Part shown: positions 39,889 to 50,634 of the stretch, piece after piece
Layout of the letters: the number at the start of each line of letters is the position of its first letter
Position numbering within the stretch: position 1 is the stretch's first letter
NCBI GenBank assembly: GCA_022821385.1
Contig: JAJEDR010000077.1
Coordinates: forward strand, 42,891 to 106,890
Length of the DNA stretch: 64,000 nucleotides
From: Rhodothermales bacterium
GTDB lineage: Bacteria; Bacteroidota; Rhodothermia; Rhodothermales; Bin80
Reading direction: 5' to 3'
Program-made: the position numbers and the translations under genes
The notes under the pieces: model-generated
What the model saw: the letters and a program-made list of their open reading frames with translations, nothing else
Databases searched by the model: none
Told to the model about the DNA's origin: nothing

Positions 39889-40956
39889 GTGGCAGCACAA
39901 AAACTGAAAGTACTTGTGGCCGGGTGCGGCCATATGGGCACATCACATGCACGGGCCTACCATGCCATGGATGCCTTTGAAATCGTTGGATTGGTAAGTC
40001 GTACACCCGGCTCCCGTGATCGGCTCAGTGCTGAATTGGGCGGACTCCCTACATTTTCTTCATTTGAACATGCTCTGCGTGTAACAGCACCGGATGTTGT
40101 TTCGGTTAATACGTATCCAGATACACACGCTGAATACGTCCGTATCAGTCTGGAAGCGAATTGTCACGTGTTTGTGGAAAAGCCCTTGGCTACAACCGCG
40201 GAGGAAGCACAAACACTAGTTGACTTGGCACAAAAAGCAAACCGGAAGCTTGTTATAGGTTACATCCTGCGTGTACACCCAGCCTGGAAAAAATTCACCT
40301 CCCTGGCACGCGAACTGGGAAAACCACTCGTGATGCGCATGAACCTGAACCAGCAAAGCAGTGAAGGACAATGGCGAACCCATCGGAAGCTCATGGACTC
40401 AATGTCTCCGATCGTTGATTGTGGTGTCCACTATGTAGATGTTATGTGTCAAATGACACGCGCCCGTCCAGTGACTGTAAGTGCAATCGGAGCACGGCTC
40501 TCTGATGAAATAGCAGAGGACATGTACAATTATGGTCACTTGCAGGTAACGTTTGATGATGGATCTGTAGGTTGGTATGAAGCTGGCTGGGGTCCCATGA
40601 TGAGCGAAACAGCTTCGTTTGTCAAGGATGTAGTTGGACCGTTGGGGTCGGTTAGTATCGTTGATGAAGTGAAGGATCAAACGGATGATATAGAAGGACA
40701 CACGCAAACTGGTGGACTAAAGGTGCACTCCAGCAGCCGTGATGCGACAGGGTGTTTTAATCGACCCGACAAAGTGATTGACACCTCTGACGAGCCGTCG
40801 CACGATGAATTGTGTGCGCTTGAACAGGAGTTCCTGCTCCAAGCCATTCTGGAGGATCTGGACTTGACCGATCATATGCAGGATGCAGTCAGCAGTCTGC
40901 AAATTGTACTTGCCGCTGATCAGGCAGCACGTGAACGTCGCACAATCACTCTTTGA
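39889..40956 (+). CDS. Gfo/Idh/MocA family oxidoreductase
   Basis: VAGCGHMG, HVFVEKPLA and DCGVHYVD. Confidence 0.93.
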   Translation: MAAQKLKVLVAGCGHMGTSHARAYHAMDAFEIVGLVSRTPGSRDRLSAELGGLPTFSSFEHALRVTAPDVVSVNTYPDTHAEYVRISLEANCHVFVEKPLATTAEEAQTLVDLAQKANRKLVIGYILRVHPAWKKFTSLARELGKPLVMRMNLNQQSSEGQWRTHRKLMDSMSPIVDCGVHYVDVMCQMTRARPVTVSAIGARLSDEIAEDMYNYGHLQVTFDDGSVGWYEAGWGPMMSETASFVKDVVGPLGSVSIVDEVKDQTDDIEGHTQTGGLKVHSSSRDATGCFNRPDKVIDTSDEPSHDELCALEQEFLLQAILEDLDLTDHMQDAVSSLQIVLAADQAARERRTITL

Positions 40957-41019
40957 GTTGCTACAAGGGCAGCCTGCTAACACCATACGAGCTCGGATAG
41001 TTAGGCGCTGTGCAGCGGG

Positions 41020-42519
41020 CTATCTGCGATAGCTGTAATTTGGAGATTCTTTAGTGATATGTACGCTGTGCGGATGACTCTCACGAATTCCGCTGGATGT
41101 AATTTTCACGAACTCAGCCCTTTCCCTGAAATCCTCCAGATCCTTGCACCCGCAATATCCCATAGCAGCTCTTAATCCTCCCATCATCTGGTAGACCACT
41201 TCATTCAAGTGGCCACTATAGGGGACCCTACCTTCGATGCCTTCCGGTACTAGTTTTTTGATATCATCCTCCGCATCCTGAAAATACCTGTCCTTACTCC
41301 CCTCTTTCATTGCCCCCAGAGAGCCCATACCTCTATAAGACTTGAACTTACGCCCCTCATAGATGATAGTCTCGCCGGGACTTTCGTCAACGGCTGCAAA
41401 AAGGCTTCCAATCATAACGCTATGTGCACCTGCTGCTAACGCCTTGGGAATGTCTCCGGTCTGCTTTATGCCCCCATCCGCCACTATTGGAATACCATGT
41501 GGCTTCGCGGCTGCAACACACTCAAGCACTGCCGTAAACTGAGGTACGCCTACGCCTGCAACCACTCTGGTTGTGCAGATTGAACCTGGACCTATACCTG
41601 TCTTAATACCGTCTGCTCCCGCTGCTATCAAGTCCTCAGTACCCTCTTTCGTAGCGACATTCCCAGCAAGAATCTGTAGATCGCTGTGATTCGATTTCAA
41701 GGTCTCTACTGCATTAAGTACACCCTCGGAATGTCCATGGGCCGTATCTACAACGATAAAATCGACTTCTGATCCTGCTAGTGCACTCACACGCTCATGC
41801 AAATCCCCTGAAACGCCTACTGCGGCTCCCACACGCAGACGCCCGTGGGAATCCTTGCACGCAAAGGGATGGCGTCTTTTCTTTTCTATGTCCTTGAAAG
41901 TGATCAGACCTTTGAGGTAACCTCCCTCATCCACTACGGGCAGCTTCTCAATTTTGTATTTCTGGAGGATTGCCTCGGCTTGTTCAAGCGTTGTACCTAC
42001 TGGTGCAGTGTGAAGTGGAGTAGGTGTCATAACATTCTTGACCGGCTTCTGGTTATTCTCTTGGAATCGCAGGTCCCGATTCGTAATTATGCCCACCAAA
42101 CGTTGTGCGCTATCCACAACGGGAATACCTCCAATAGAATAGCGTGCCATGAGTGCGCGCGCATCGCCTACTGTGCAACTCACTTCAAGTGTAATTGGAT
42201 CAAGAATCATTCCACTCTCGGAACGCTTGACTCTTCGTGCCTGTGCAGCCTGATCTTCCACGGACATATTCTTGTGCAAGACGCCAACCCCTCCCTCACG
42301 CGCCATCGCGATTGCAAGCCGTGCTTCCGTTACCGTATCCATGGCTGCCGAAAGCAATGGGATGTTCAGCTTTATTTTCCGGGTCAATCGTGTTTCAATG
42401 CTGACATCCCGGGGCATGACACTGGACCGTCCTGGCACAAGCAGTACGTCATCGTACGTTAGCCCTTCACGCTTGACTTTATCTGCAAGAATGCGGTTCA
42501 ATCCAAGTGAATTTTTCAT
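41020..42519 (-). CDS. guaB: IMP dehydrogenase
   Basis: [12 protein letters not shown] pair, [11 protein letters not shown] and YRGMGS. Confidence 0.98.
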   Translation of the reverse strand: MKNSLGLNRILADKVKREGLTYDDVLLVPGRSSVMPRDVSIETRLTRKIKLNIPLLSAAMDTVTEARLAIAMAREGGVGVLHKNMSVEDQAAQARRVKRSESGMILDPITLEVSCTVGDARALMARYSIGGIPVVDSAQRLVGIITNRDLRFQENNQKPVKNVMTPTPLHTAPVGTTLEQAEAILQKYKIEKLPVVDEGGYLKGLITFKDIEKKRRHPFACKDSHGRLRVGAAVGVSGDLHERVSALAGSEVDFIVVDTAHGHSEGVLNAVETLKSNHSDLQILAGNVATKEGTEDLIAAGADGIKTGIGPGSICTTRVVAGVGVPQFTAVLECVAAAKPHGIPIVADGGIKQTGDIPKALAAGAHSVMIGSLFAAVDESPGETIIYEGRKFKSYRGMGSLGAMKEGSKDRYFQDAEDDIKKLVPEGIEGRVPYSGHLNEVVYQMMGGLRAAMGYCGCKDLEDFRERAEFVKITSSGIRESHPHSVHITKESPNYSYRR

Positions 42520-42541
42520 CTGGGGATTGTCTTATGGCTGA

Positions 42542-43306
42542 TTATTGACGTCCAATCAGGCGGTGTAGTTTGCGAATTTCTTTTTTATTAAGCTGGCGCC
42601 ATCTCCCCCGCCGCAACCGACGGGTGGTTAACCCGGCGTATGATATGCGTTCCAAAGCGACAATCTTGTGGTCGAGTGCAGCAAACATTCGCCGAATCTG
42701 CCGATTTCGCCCCTCGTGAAGCTCAATACCTATTTCAAAGGGATTATTTGGCTGTGTATATATGATACGATCAAAAGCAGCTGGTCCATCCTCCAGCATG
42801 ATTCCACGTCGGAGCTGATCAAGTTGGTCTGGTCGAACCGGTTCCTTGGTGCGCGCAGTGTACTGCTTGGGGATCTGGAAACTTGGATGCATCAGTCGAT
42901 GACCTAAATCGCCGTCCGTCGTTAAGAACAGCACTCCAGTCGTATTTCGATCAAGCCTCCCCACAGGGAATAAACCCTTAGTCCCTCCATCCATCTTTAC
43001 CAGATCCAGCACCGTTTTGCGCCCCCGCTCATCTTTCGCCGTAGTGATCGTATCCTTTGGCTTGTTTAGTAACACATACAGGAATTCTCGCGGCGAAATG
43101 ATTTTTCCGTTAACGCGAACTTCATCCCCCTTATCAACTTGGTACCAGAATTCGTAGATTTTCTGTCCATTTACCTGAACCTGGCCGTTTTCAATCAGGT
43201 GATCTGCCTTTCTGCGTGAACAGACCCCTGCACGCGCGATGTAGCGATTAAGTCGTCCAGACTCCAGTCTCTCCATTGGAGGCTTGGTCGCTCGGGGGCG
43301 TGCCAT
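42542..43306 (-). CDS. rluB: RsuA/RluB family pseudouridine synthase
   Basis: S4 domain (RLNRYIA.AGVCSRRKAD), GRLDRNTTG and EGRNRQIRRM; follows scpAB. Confidence 0.88.
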   Translation of the reverse strand: MARPRATKPPMERLESGRLNRYIARAGVCSRRKADHLIENGQVQVNGQKIYEFWYQVDKGDEVRVNGKIISPREFLYVLLNKPKDTITTAKDERGRKTVLDLVKMDGGTKGLFPVGRLDRNTTGVLFLTTDGDLGHRLMHPSFQIPKQYTARTKEPVRPDQLDQLRRGIMLEDGPAAFDRIIYTQPNNPFEIGIELHEGRNRQIRRMFAALDHKIVALERISYAGLTTRRLRRGRWRQLNKKEIRKLHRLIGRQ

Positions 43307-43343
43307 TGGCTTCATAACAAAAAGGCACAGCTGCATGCTGTGC

Positions 43344-44018
43344 CTAGGATTTAGACTTTGATTCGGATGTAGCGCTGGGAGGGTCGCCATCGCCCATGTC
43401 GAGGCCCTTTGCCATTAAAAGACGTGTTCGTTCCTCATTGAATGCAGCATCCCCTAGTAACTCTTCTGCCTGACGCAAGTTCGGCAGTTCATCCAAATTC
43501 TTCAGTCCGAATTCCTCTAAGAACCGTTCAGTCGTTGCATACAGCATAGGGCGTCCAATAATATCTGCACGCCCAAAGATCGCCAAGAGATTGAGTTCAA
43601 GTAATTTTCGAAGCGCATATCCTGAATCCACGCCGCGCACAGCATCAATTTCGGCTTTTGTTGCCGGCTGCTTGTATGCGACAATCGCCAGCGTTTCCAT
43701 TAATGGCTTTGTCAAGTGACGCCTCCGCTCGCGACGAAAAAAAGCCTCGAGGAATGGGGCGACTGATTCCGTGGTGGTCATGCGTAGTCCACCAGCCCAA
43801 TACTGGATTCTCATCGTGTGCCCCCCAATTTCGTAGGAGTCATTCAGCTCCCTGAATGCTTCATCAATGGCAGCTTCGCTCGGCTGAGATGCTTCACCAA
43901 CCACCTCAGCATACACGCGGCAAACCTCCTTTGCACTAACAGGGACATCTGTAGCAAACGCCAGGGCTTCCAAGACCATTTGCAGAGTAACAGAGTTGTC
44001 GAATCTTTCTTGTTTCAT
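43344..44018 (-). CDS. scpB: SMC-Scp complex subunit ScpB
   Basis: ETLAIVAYKQP, RGVDS and GRPMLYATTERFL.FGL. Confidence 0.96.
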   Translation of the reverse strand: MKQERFDNSVTLQMVLEALAFATDVPVSAKEVCRVYAEVVGEASQPSEAAIDEAFRELNDSYEIGGHTMRIQYWAGGLRMTTTESVAPFLEAFFRRERRRHLTKPLMETLAIVAYKQPATKAEIDAVRGVDSGYALRKLLELNLLAIFGRADIIGRPMLYATTERFLEEFGLKNLDELPNLRQAEELLGDAAFNEERTRLLMAKGLDMGDGDPPSATSESKSKS

Positions 44019-44746
44019 CCCATAAAGGCTTGACCTGCTGCTCGCTCAATCACAAAATCCTCCCCATCAGGAGCACTTGACACAAAGACCTCCCCCGAAT
44101 ATGCCATTTCCAGCGCAGCCAAAAAGGTTACAACTATAAAATATCTCGTTTTTCCCATGACCATACTACTGAAACTGATCTGCTCCTGTGCAAACACGGC
44201 ATTACGTATGTACTCGCACTGTTCTGCAATTGAATGTTTTTGTGGTGCAATCGAGATAGTAGGTTCTTCTGGCGCATTCTCGAGTACATCCCTCAGCGTA
44301 TCAATCAGGTCAAATACCGTTCTTTTGACGAGGATATCCTGCTCAGGCATCATTGATTGAACAGGTGTAGATGCCTGTCCTCTGGTAAATAACAATGAGC
44401 GTTGCTTGAACTGTTCATCAAGCGTTTCCGCGGCATTTTTGTACTGCACATACTCCAATAATCGCTCGACAATCTCTTGGCGTGGGTCAATTGGGTCTCC
44501 TTCTTCATCTTCCTCCGGGCTCGGAAGAAGCATGCGAGCCTTGACGCTGATGAGCAATGCGGCGAAATAAATGAACTCTGCTACACCGTCCAGATCAATA
44601 GCTTCTATAAGCTCCACGTAGGATAGATACTCATTCGTGATCTGAGCAATAGGGATATCAAAAATGTCAATTTCATTCCTGTTAATCAGGAGCAAAAGTA
44701 GATCCAGCGGGCCCTCAAAATCCTGAAGCTGTACCCTATACATCAT
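44015..44746 (-). CDS. scpA: Segregation/condensation protein A
   Basis: FEGPLDLLL, KARMLLP, DPR and FLAALE. Confidence 0.96.
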   Translation of the reverse strand: MMYRVQLQDFEGPLDLLLLLINRNEIDIFDIPIAQITNEYLSYVELIEAIDLDGVAEFIYFAALLISVKARMLLPSPEEDEEGDPIDPRQEIVERLLEYVQYKNAAETLDEQFKQRSLLFTRGQASTPVQSMMPEQDILVKRTVFDLIDTLRDVLENAPEEPTISIAPQKHSIAEQCEYIRNAVFAQEQISFSSMVMGKTRYFIVVTFLAALEMAYSGEVFVSSAPDGEDFVIERAAGQAFMG

Positions 44747-45675
44747 TCTGCCATCCTCGAGGAAGCAAACCAGTCAACGGTTCTTCCGAGACCATCGTCC
44801 ATACTAACTTCCGGTTTCCAGACAAGCTCATGCAAAGCCTTGCTGCAATCCAGCACGCTTCGACGCTGCTCCCCAGATTTTCCAGGACCGTGTATTGCAG
44901 GCCGTCCAATCCCCATGGCTTGCATTAGCTTTTGATGGAGGGTAACAACATCGGTTTCGACGCCGGTCCCAATATTGAATGCCGAAGGGGCACCCGTGAA
45001 ATTAAGCGAAGCGATATTCGCGCGGGCTACATCACCAACGTAGACATAATCACGGGTCTGGAGCCCATCGCCATGGATAGTAACTCGATGCCCTGCCAAT
45101 AATTTCTGAGTGAAAATTGCGATCACGCCTGCCTCACCATGTGCATTCTGACGAGGACCATAAACATTTCCGTATCTGAGTGCGACATACGGTATTCCAT
45201 ATTCACAAAAATAGAAATGCAACAACTTTTCGCAAGTCAGTTTGCTTATGCCATATGGGGAAACCGGCTGCTGCGTATGTGTTTCTTTTTGGGGGCCGGC
45301 CTCCGGTTCACCATAGATTGCTCCACCAGTGGAGGCAAACACAACTTTCTTCAGCCCGCTGTCTTTGGCTGCCTCCATAAGGTTGATGAGGCCCAAGACA
45401 TTGACCCCGACGTCAAATGCGGGATCAGCAACACTCCGGCGCACATCCATTTGTGCAGCATGATGAACCAGTATAGCGTACTGACCTTCCCTGATGAGAG
45501 AAGCCGCCTCTTTCGATCGAACGTCTAACGTATGCAGCCTTACATGATGGGGCACGTTCTCCCGAAATCCACCTGAAAGGTCGTCCAGTACTTCAACGGT
45601 ATGTCCTTCAAGGATCAAGGCATCAACAACATGAGAGCCAATGAATCCCGCACCGCCTGTCACTAGTACCTTCAT
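44743..45675 (-). CDS. NAD-dependent epimerase/dehydratase (UDP-glucose 4-epimerase-like)
   Basis: TGGAGFIGSH, STGGAIYG, YGISK and NVYGPRQ. Confidence 0.93.
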   Translation of the reverse strand: MKVLVTGGAGFIGSHVVDALILEGHTVEVLDDLSGGFRENVPHHVRLHTLDVRSKEAASLIREGQYAILVHHAAQMDVRRSVADPAFDVGVNVLGLINLMEAAKDSGLKKVVFASTGGAIYGEPEAGPQKETHTQQPVSPYGISKLTCEKLLHFYFCEYGIPYVALRYGNVYGPRQNAHGEAGVIAIFTQKLLAGHRVTIHGDGLQTRDYVYVGDVARANIASLNFTGAPSAFNIGTGVETDVVTLHQKLMQAMGIGRPAIHGPGKSGEQRRSVLDCSKALHELVWKPEVSMDDGLGRTVDWFASSRMAE

Positions 45676-45780
45676 AAAAACTTTAAACTAGAATCCTATT
45701 AAATTGATGTCCCACCCCATGACAATATCCGAACTATCGAGTCTAAAGTGATCCTCTCGAACTGACAGAGATAACCACGA

Positions 45781-47592
45781 ATGTTGAAAACACGATTCAC
45801 TGGACTCCGTCATAGCTATTCCGGAAGCAGTGATACCCACAAGTACCGGAATCTTTCCTTAGCAGCCTCAATGGTGCTTTCTGTGGTTTTCATTGCAAAT
45901 GCTGCGGCACAACCTTCATCGGAGCTCAAGCGCATCTTTGATGATAAAGACGCGTCCCGTTACGCGGATGCTACTGAGATGTACATCAGCTTACTCAAGC
46001 AGGCTTCGGAGCAACAACTATCGGAAGAGCTTGTGTGGCATTTGCACTTACTTGACCTCATTGTGCCCCCGACCGGTCCAGTACGAACAGCTCTAAGTGC
46101 ACTCCAAGGAGATACGGGTAGACTTGCTGATGTAGCAACATTGGTGCAGTGGTGGCATCAGCAAGACCCGATTCCGGCCACCTTTGTGAATGAACGCGTG
46201 GTCGAACATCTCTCGCGTGCCTACCATGCCCTCAACAACTTTGCCCTTAAACACAGCCCACTGAGAGTTGATGATCGTGGAGAAATCTTTATAAGATTGG
46301 GAATACCGGGGCAACGTACGGAAGTAAAACTAAGAAATGCGGGTTTTCATCTGCGTCCGGTTCGTCATACGCTGGCGCGAAACGAATTTTGGGTATATCG
46401 CCACATAAACGAGAATGCTCACTACTTTTTCGTCAAAAAGTCGAACCGTCTAGGGTACAAAATAGCCGCAGTGGTTGACCTGCTGCCAACCCAAGTCCGT
46501 ACCCGTCAGGAAGAGGCCTCCATACTTCTGATATGGCTAGAAGATATTTACCGACAGCTTTCGGCAGATCATGAGCATTACGGCCCTCTGTATGATACCG
46601 TGAGCAACTATGCTTCTATTGCCTCCTCTGAAGGGGCCAGCCCATACTCCTTCACCAAGCAGCTTCTGCAGGACGGAAATGTGTTGCATAACTTTCACCA
46701 GGAATCCCGAAGTAGGGAGGTTCCAATATCTGCTACGCAGGTCTTGGGATCAGCAATCTCGCTTCATCCATGCTTACGATGGGCACGTTTTCTTGAACCC
46801 GAAGGGACTACGCGTTTGAATGTGTCGTGGACACTAAATTCAAAATCTCTACAGCCGGATCGTCAAAAAATTCGATCGCTGCAACGAAAGGGAGCAGAAC
46901 CATCGGAAAACTTTCTACTGACTGCCTATCTGATAACGCGAAAACCCAACTACACTCCGGCAAGTCTAAGGCTTCGTCAATACTATTTACCGAACGGGGT
47001 AAATTCAGCACTTCCCGTGCATACCTGGGTCACGAGAGGAATCCAGGGTAGCATTAATCTTGCATTGCAATGGAATCACTCCTGGGCTCAACCTGATGCT
47101 TCCGGACAGCCCCAACCCTCTGCGATGCTTGGGATTGGCGTACAAACACTTGACTCAATTCCTGCGCTTAACAGCTCAGGGCAGGTTTTGGAAATGAGTG
47201 ACATTCTCCTGACCGCACTCAATAACGAAGGCTTGCCTGACGAAAAGATGCCCGTTGTCGCAACGCATTGGGCCCCGGAAACCCCCCTTGGGATTTATTT
47301 TGAAGCCTATTTCCTTCGATTCAACGAGGATGACCGCACAAGCTATACCGTCAGTTACGAAGTTCAAAATATGGGTGACTCACGGGAAGCAGCAATCGGT
47401 ACTTCTACCACGCATGAGTCGGAGTCCAGTAACGTGCGTGAACACATAGTTCTTGATGTTTCAGACTTGCAGGCCTCTCACCAAGTATCCATTACCGTAC
47501 GGGTAATGGATAATACGTCGGGGGACACAGTCAAGCGCTCGGTTGTATTAGATCTGAACCCGCAATCAAGAATTTGCAACAGCGCATCCTAA
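45781..47592 (+). CDS. GWxTD-domain protein with degenerate motif
   Basis: WW..QDPIPATFVNERVVEHLSR...DDRGEIFIRLGIP, NEFWVY and C-terminal Ig-like LGIYFEAY. Confidence 0.75.
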   Translation: MLKTRFTGLRHSYSGSSDTHKYRNLSLAASMVLSVVFIANAAAQPSSELKRIFDDKDASRYADATEMYISLLKQASEQQLSEELVWHLHLLDLIVPPTGPVRTALSALQGDTGRLADVATLVQWWHQQDPIPATFVNERVVEHLSRAYHALNNFALKHSPLRVDDRGEIFIRLGIPGQRTEVKLRNAGFHLRPVRHTLARNEFWVYRHINENAHYFFVKKSNRLGYKIAAVVDLLPTQVRTRQEEASILLIWLEDIYRQLSADHEHYGPLYDTVSNYASIASSEGASPYSFTKQLLQDGNVLHNFHQESRSREVPISATQVLGSAISLHPCLRWARFLEPEGTTRLNVSWTLNSKSLQPDRQKIRSLQRKGAEPSENFLLTAYLITRKPNYTPASLRLRQYYLPNGVNSALPVHTWVTRGIQGSINLALQWNHSWAQPDASGQPQPSAMLGIGVQTLDSIPALNSSGQVLEMSDILLTALNNEGLPDEKMPVVATHWAPETPLGIYFEAYFLRFNEDDRTSYTVSYEVQNMGDSREAAIGTSTTHESESSNVREHIVLDVSDLQASHQVSITVRVMDNTSGDTVKRSVVLDLNPQSRICNSAS

Positions 47593-47883
47593 TTGGATTG
47601 ACCATGTTGCGGATGCTGTTCGGTATCTGAATCTGGTCAAGCAGATATCGCTTGCGACTCCGTCTGCCAGCTATGTTGTGATCTGATATAATTGGAGCAG
47701 CCAAAACGTCCCCTCTTTACGATAATTTTCACTGAGGGCGTTGCTATGATAAACGGATCAGGAAGTCGTTCGCAAATATGGATTTGACTCTTCAACTTTA
47801 ATCTCTGGCGTGATAAGTGATTCTGGCAAATCCCTCTCTATCTCATGTGGCGATTGCCAACCAGCTTAACCAGCGGGTCAAAG

Positions 47884-49347
47884 TTAATTTGACTTGGCCC
47901 AACTCGGGGTGCCGAACCATGCATCCATTTCCTCAATAAACGGAGCTACCACAGAATCTGGCTCCATGATTCGTCCTAAATCGTTCGTTTCGATGATCCA
48001 GGCCTCAAGTGCCTCCCGCATTTCTGTCAACTGTGCCTCATAAGCAGGGTCACCTGCCAGATTGTTGATTTCATGAGGATCTGCCTCTGTATCGTAGAGT
48101 TCTTCTTCAGGAAGCGGGGACATCAACATCGCAGCCGCACCGGTAAGCGCTCCCTGCTCATGCATACTGCGCATCAGAGGTTTCACCAGGAAGCACTTTT
48201 CTTTATAACGATTCAACGTCGGGAACCCGTCCTTTGCATCAAAATTCCTCAAATAATGAAACCGTTTGCCGCGAACAGAACGAATGCGCAGTACGGTTTC
48301 ATCAATTCGGTCTCTCGCGCTGAACGAATAAGTACGGGGCGAATCAGCCCCCTCCCCCAGAAATACTTGGCTCTGCATATCCGGTATCGGATCAACGCCG
48401 GCCATCTGAAGTGTTGTCGCTGTGAGGTCCAGCAGGCTAATAACTTCATCATTGACGCCCCCACGTTCGTACTGCGGAGGTGCTTGGACACCGTCGGGGT
48501 AGTGTATGATCATTGGCACATGCAAACCCATGTCCCAGGCCCAGTGGATACCGCGAGCTTCCAGTCTCCCGTTGTCGGAAAAGAATACAACGATGGTATT
48601 TTCCGCCAGGCCATCGCGGCGCAACTGCTCCAGAATCCAGCCAATGCGAACATCCATACCACTCACCGAATTCAGATATCGTGCCCACTCTTCGCGTGTT
48701 ATCTGGTGATCTGGATAGTATGGCGGAGGGGACACATTCTCGGGAGTAGCAATTTGTGGATGCCAATCTTCTCCAACCCACAGTACACGTTCCTTTTCGG
48801 CCGACTTGCGGTCATAAATGTCGTATTCCGCCTCGGGCGTATTGATCTGGGCAAAGAACGGTTGATTGTCCTTCAACGATGCCCAGTCGCTGCCCTCATA
48901 GATCGGTCCTTCGTTGACAAAATTAAGGTCCAGCTTGCCTGTACCCACTTCCAAATCACCAATATGCGTAATGTTGGCAGTGTGATAGCCGGCATCCTCC
49001 AGTCGATGGGTTAAGGGACGAACTCCATCAGGTAGACGATAGTCATCATCTCGGTGCGAACGCATATTATGGGTATCGGTGGAAGTCTGGTACATTCCCG
49101 TCATGAATGCTGACCGACTGGGCGCGCAAACGGGAGACGTCGCAAATACATTCGTAAACAGCAGTCCCGCACGTGCAAGCGAATCCAGATTGGGAGTGTG
49201 CACATTTTCCGCGCCATAAATCCCAAGATCCAAAGCGAAATTCTCCCCAACGATCCACAAAATATTTGGTTGAACGCTTTGGGCTGGCTGCTCGTCAGCG
49301 CAGGCGGGAAGACAAAAAAGTACAAGCAGAAGAATTAGGTAGCGCAT
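47884..49347 (-). CDS. Sulfatase (Cys-type, probable lipoprotein)
   Basis: PNILWI, CAPSRSAFMTG, SDNG, RDRIDE and ELYDTEADPHEINNLA. Confidence 0.94.
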   Translation of the reverse strand: MRYLILLLVLFCLPACADEQPAQSVQPNILWIVGENFALDLGIYGAENVHTPNLDSLARAGLLFTNVFATSPVCAPSRSAFMTGMYQTSTDTHNMRSHRDDDYRLPDGVRPLTHRLEDAGYHTANITHIGDLEVGTGKLDLNFVNEGPIYEGSDWASLKDNQPFFAQINTPEAEYDIYDRKSAEKERVLWVGEDWHPQIATPENVSPPPYYPDHQITREEWARYLNSVSGMDVRIGWILEQLRRDGLAENTIVVFFSDNGRLEARGIHWAWDMGLHVPMIIHYPDGVQAPPQYERGGVNDEVISLLDLTATTLQMAGVDPIPDMQSQVFLGEGADSPRTYSFSARDRIDETVLRIRSVRGKRFHYLRNFDAKDGFPTLNRYKEKCFLVKPLMRSMHEQGALTGAAAMLMSPLPEEELYDTEADPHEINNLAGDPAYEAQLTEMREALEAWIIETNDLGRIMEPDSVVAPFIEEMDAWFGTPSWAKSN

Positions 49348-49386
49348 GGTTAATGTATAGGTTTAACTAGTTCTGTATAGGCCAAT

Positions 49387-50616
49387 TTACTCAGAGGGGA
49401 CGAGCATTACCCTGGAGAATTTTTCAGGACGAAGAAACTCGGCCGCAAATGTTTGAACCTCGTCCGCAGTGACTGCCTCCAGTTCTGCGATGATTTCATC
49501 CATTGATGCGACCCTCCCAAAATAAAGCTCCTGTTTCCCCAAACGTGCCATTCGATTGGACATGCTCTCTAATCCAAGTGCAATCCCACCACGGGCTTGC
49601 CCTTTTGCTCGGTTCAATACTTGGTTACTCACAGGTGTCTGTGCCAAACGGTCAAACTCGCGAAAAATCAACGTGATGCTCCGCTCAATTCTGGATGCGT
49701 CTAAACCCACGTAGACACCGAAGTCACCACAATCAGAGTACATATTAAGAAACGAATAGACACTATAGCAGAATCCATAACGCTCTCTAATACGCTGATT
49801 CAGTCGACTTGAGCTGCCCCCTCCTAGGATAGTATTTATTATATCCAGGACCGCCCTTTGTTTGGAGTGTATCGTGATTCCACGCCGTCCTAATATCAGA
49901 TGCCCTTGCTGTATGGGGCGCGTCACAGATAACTCTGTAGGTTTGTACGGAGGAATCTCGGGTTTTTCTATGTCCCTGAAACTGGTGGGCCGCAGGCCCT
50001 GAAAAGCTATTTCTACACTCTTCAGCAGTGATTTATGGCACAGATTGCCTGCCGCGGCTACGACGATCTGATCCGGTGTGTATTGTCTGTCCACATATTC
50101 ACACAGATCCTCGCGTCTCAATCGAGAAACCGTCTTGGGATAACCGATAATTGGTCGTCCGATGGATTGGGCGGGATAGATTACCGATTCAAAACGATCA
50201 GCGATATACTCATCGGGAGTATCCTCGTACATCTTTATTTCTTCAAGTACAACTCCCTTCTCCTTTTCAATCTCTCGTTCCGGAAATACTGGCGAGGCCA
50301 CCAAATCACACGTTGAATCCACACCCCGAGCCAAGTAACTATCCAGCGCTCGGGCGAAGTAGCACGTATGTTCTTTAGATGTGAATGCATTCATGTAACC
50401 GCCAACCGACTCCATCCGGTTAGCTATTTGATGCATTCTGCGCTTGGCGGTCCCCTTGAAGACTGTATGTTCAACAAAGTGACTAATGCCGGCCAGACGC
50501 TCTGGGTCGTTACGACTACCGGAATCAATCCAGACACCGATAGCTATTGAGCGCACGGACGAAACCGCCTCGCTAAGGACGCGGACCCCATTCTCAAGCG
50601 TCGTCTTCGTGATCAC
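49387..50616 (-). CDS. M16 family zinc peptidase
   Basis: HFVEHTVFKGT, NAFTSKE and SSRLNQRIRE; usual position after pnp. Confidence 0.95.
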   Translation of the reverse strand: MITKTTLENGVRVLSEAVSSVRSIAIGVWIDSGSRNDPERLAGISHFVEHTVFKGTAKRRMHQIANRMESVGGYMNAFTSKEHTCYFARALDSYLARGVDSTCDLVASPVFPEREIEKEKGVVLEEIKMYEDTPDEYIADRFESVIYPAQSIGRPIIGYPKTVSRLRREDLCEYVDRQYTPDQIVVAAAGNLCHKSLLKSVEIAFQGLRPTSFRDIEKPEIPPYKPTELSVTRPIQQGHLILGRRGITIHSKQRAVLDIINTILGGGSSSRLNQRIRERYGFCYSVYSFLNMYSDCGDFGVYVGLDASRIERSITLIFREFDRLAQTPVSNQVLNRAKGQARGGIALGLESMSNRMARLGKQELYFGRVASMDEIIAELEAVTADEVQTFAAEFLRPEKFSRVMLVPSE

Positions 50617-50634
50617 GCTACCAAACGTCCAAAT

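Noticed and set aside
41845-42462. 205-aa plus-strand ORF
   Set aside because: Antisense shadow of guaB.
47593-47883. 290-bp gap between convergent genes with a weak stem (AACGTCCCCTC...GAGGGCGTT)
   Set aside because: The stem is imperfect with a long loop, and the translations I checked show no recognisable gene remnant.
48073-49014. 313-aa plus-strand ORF
   Set aside because: Lies entirely antisense to the sulfatase with no recognisable motifs; a shadow ORF.
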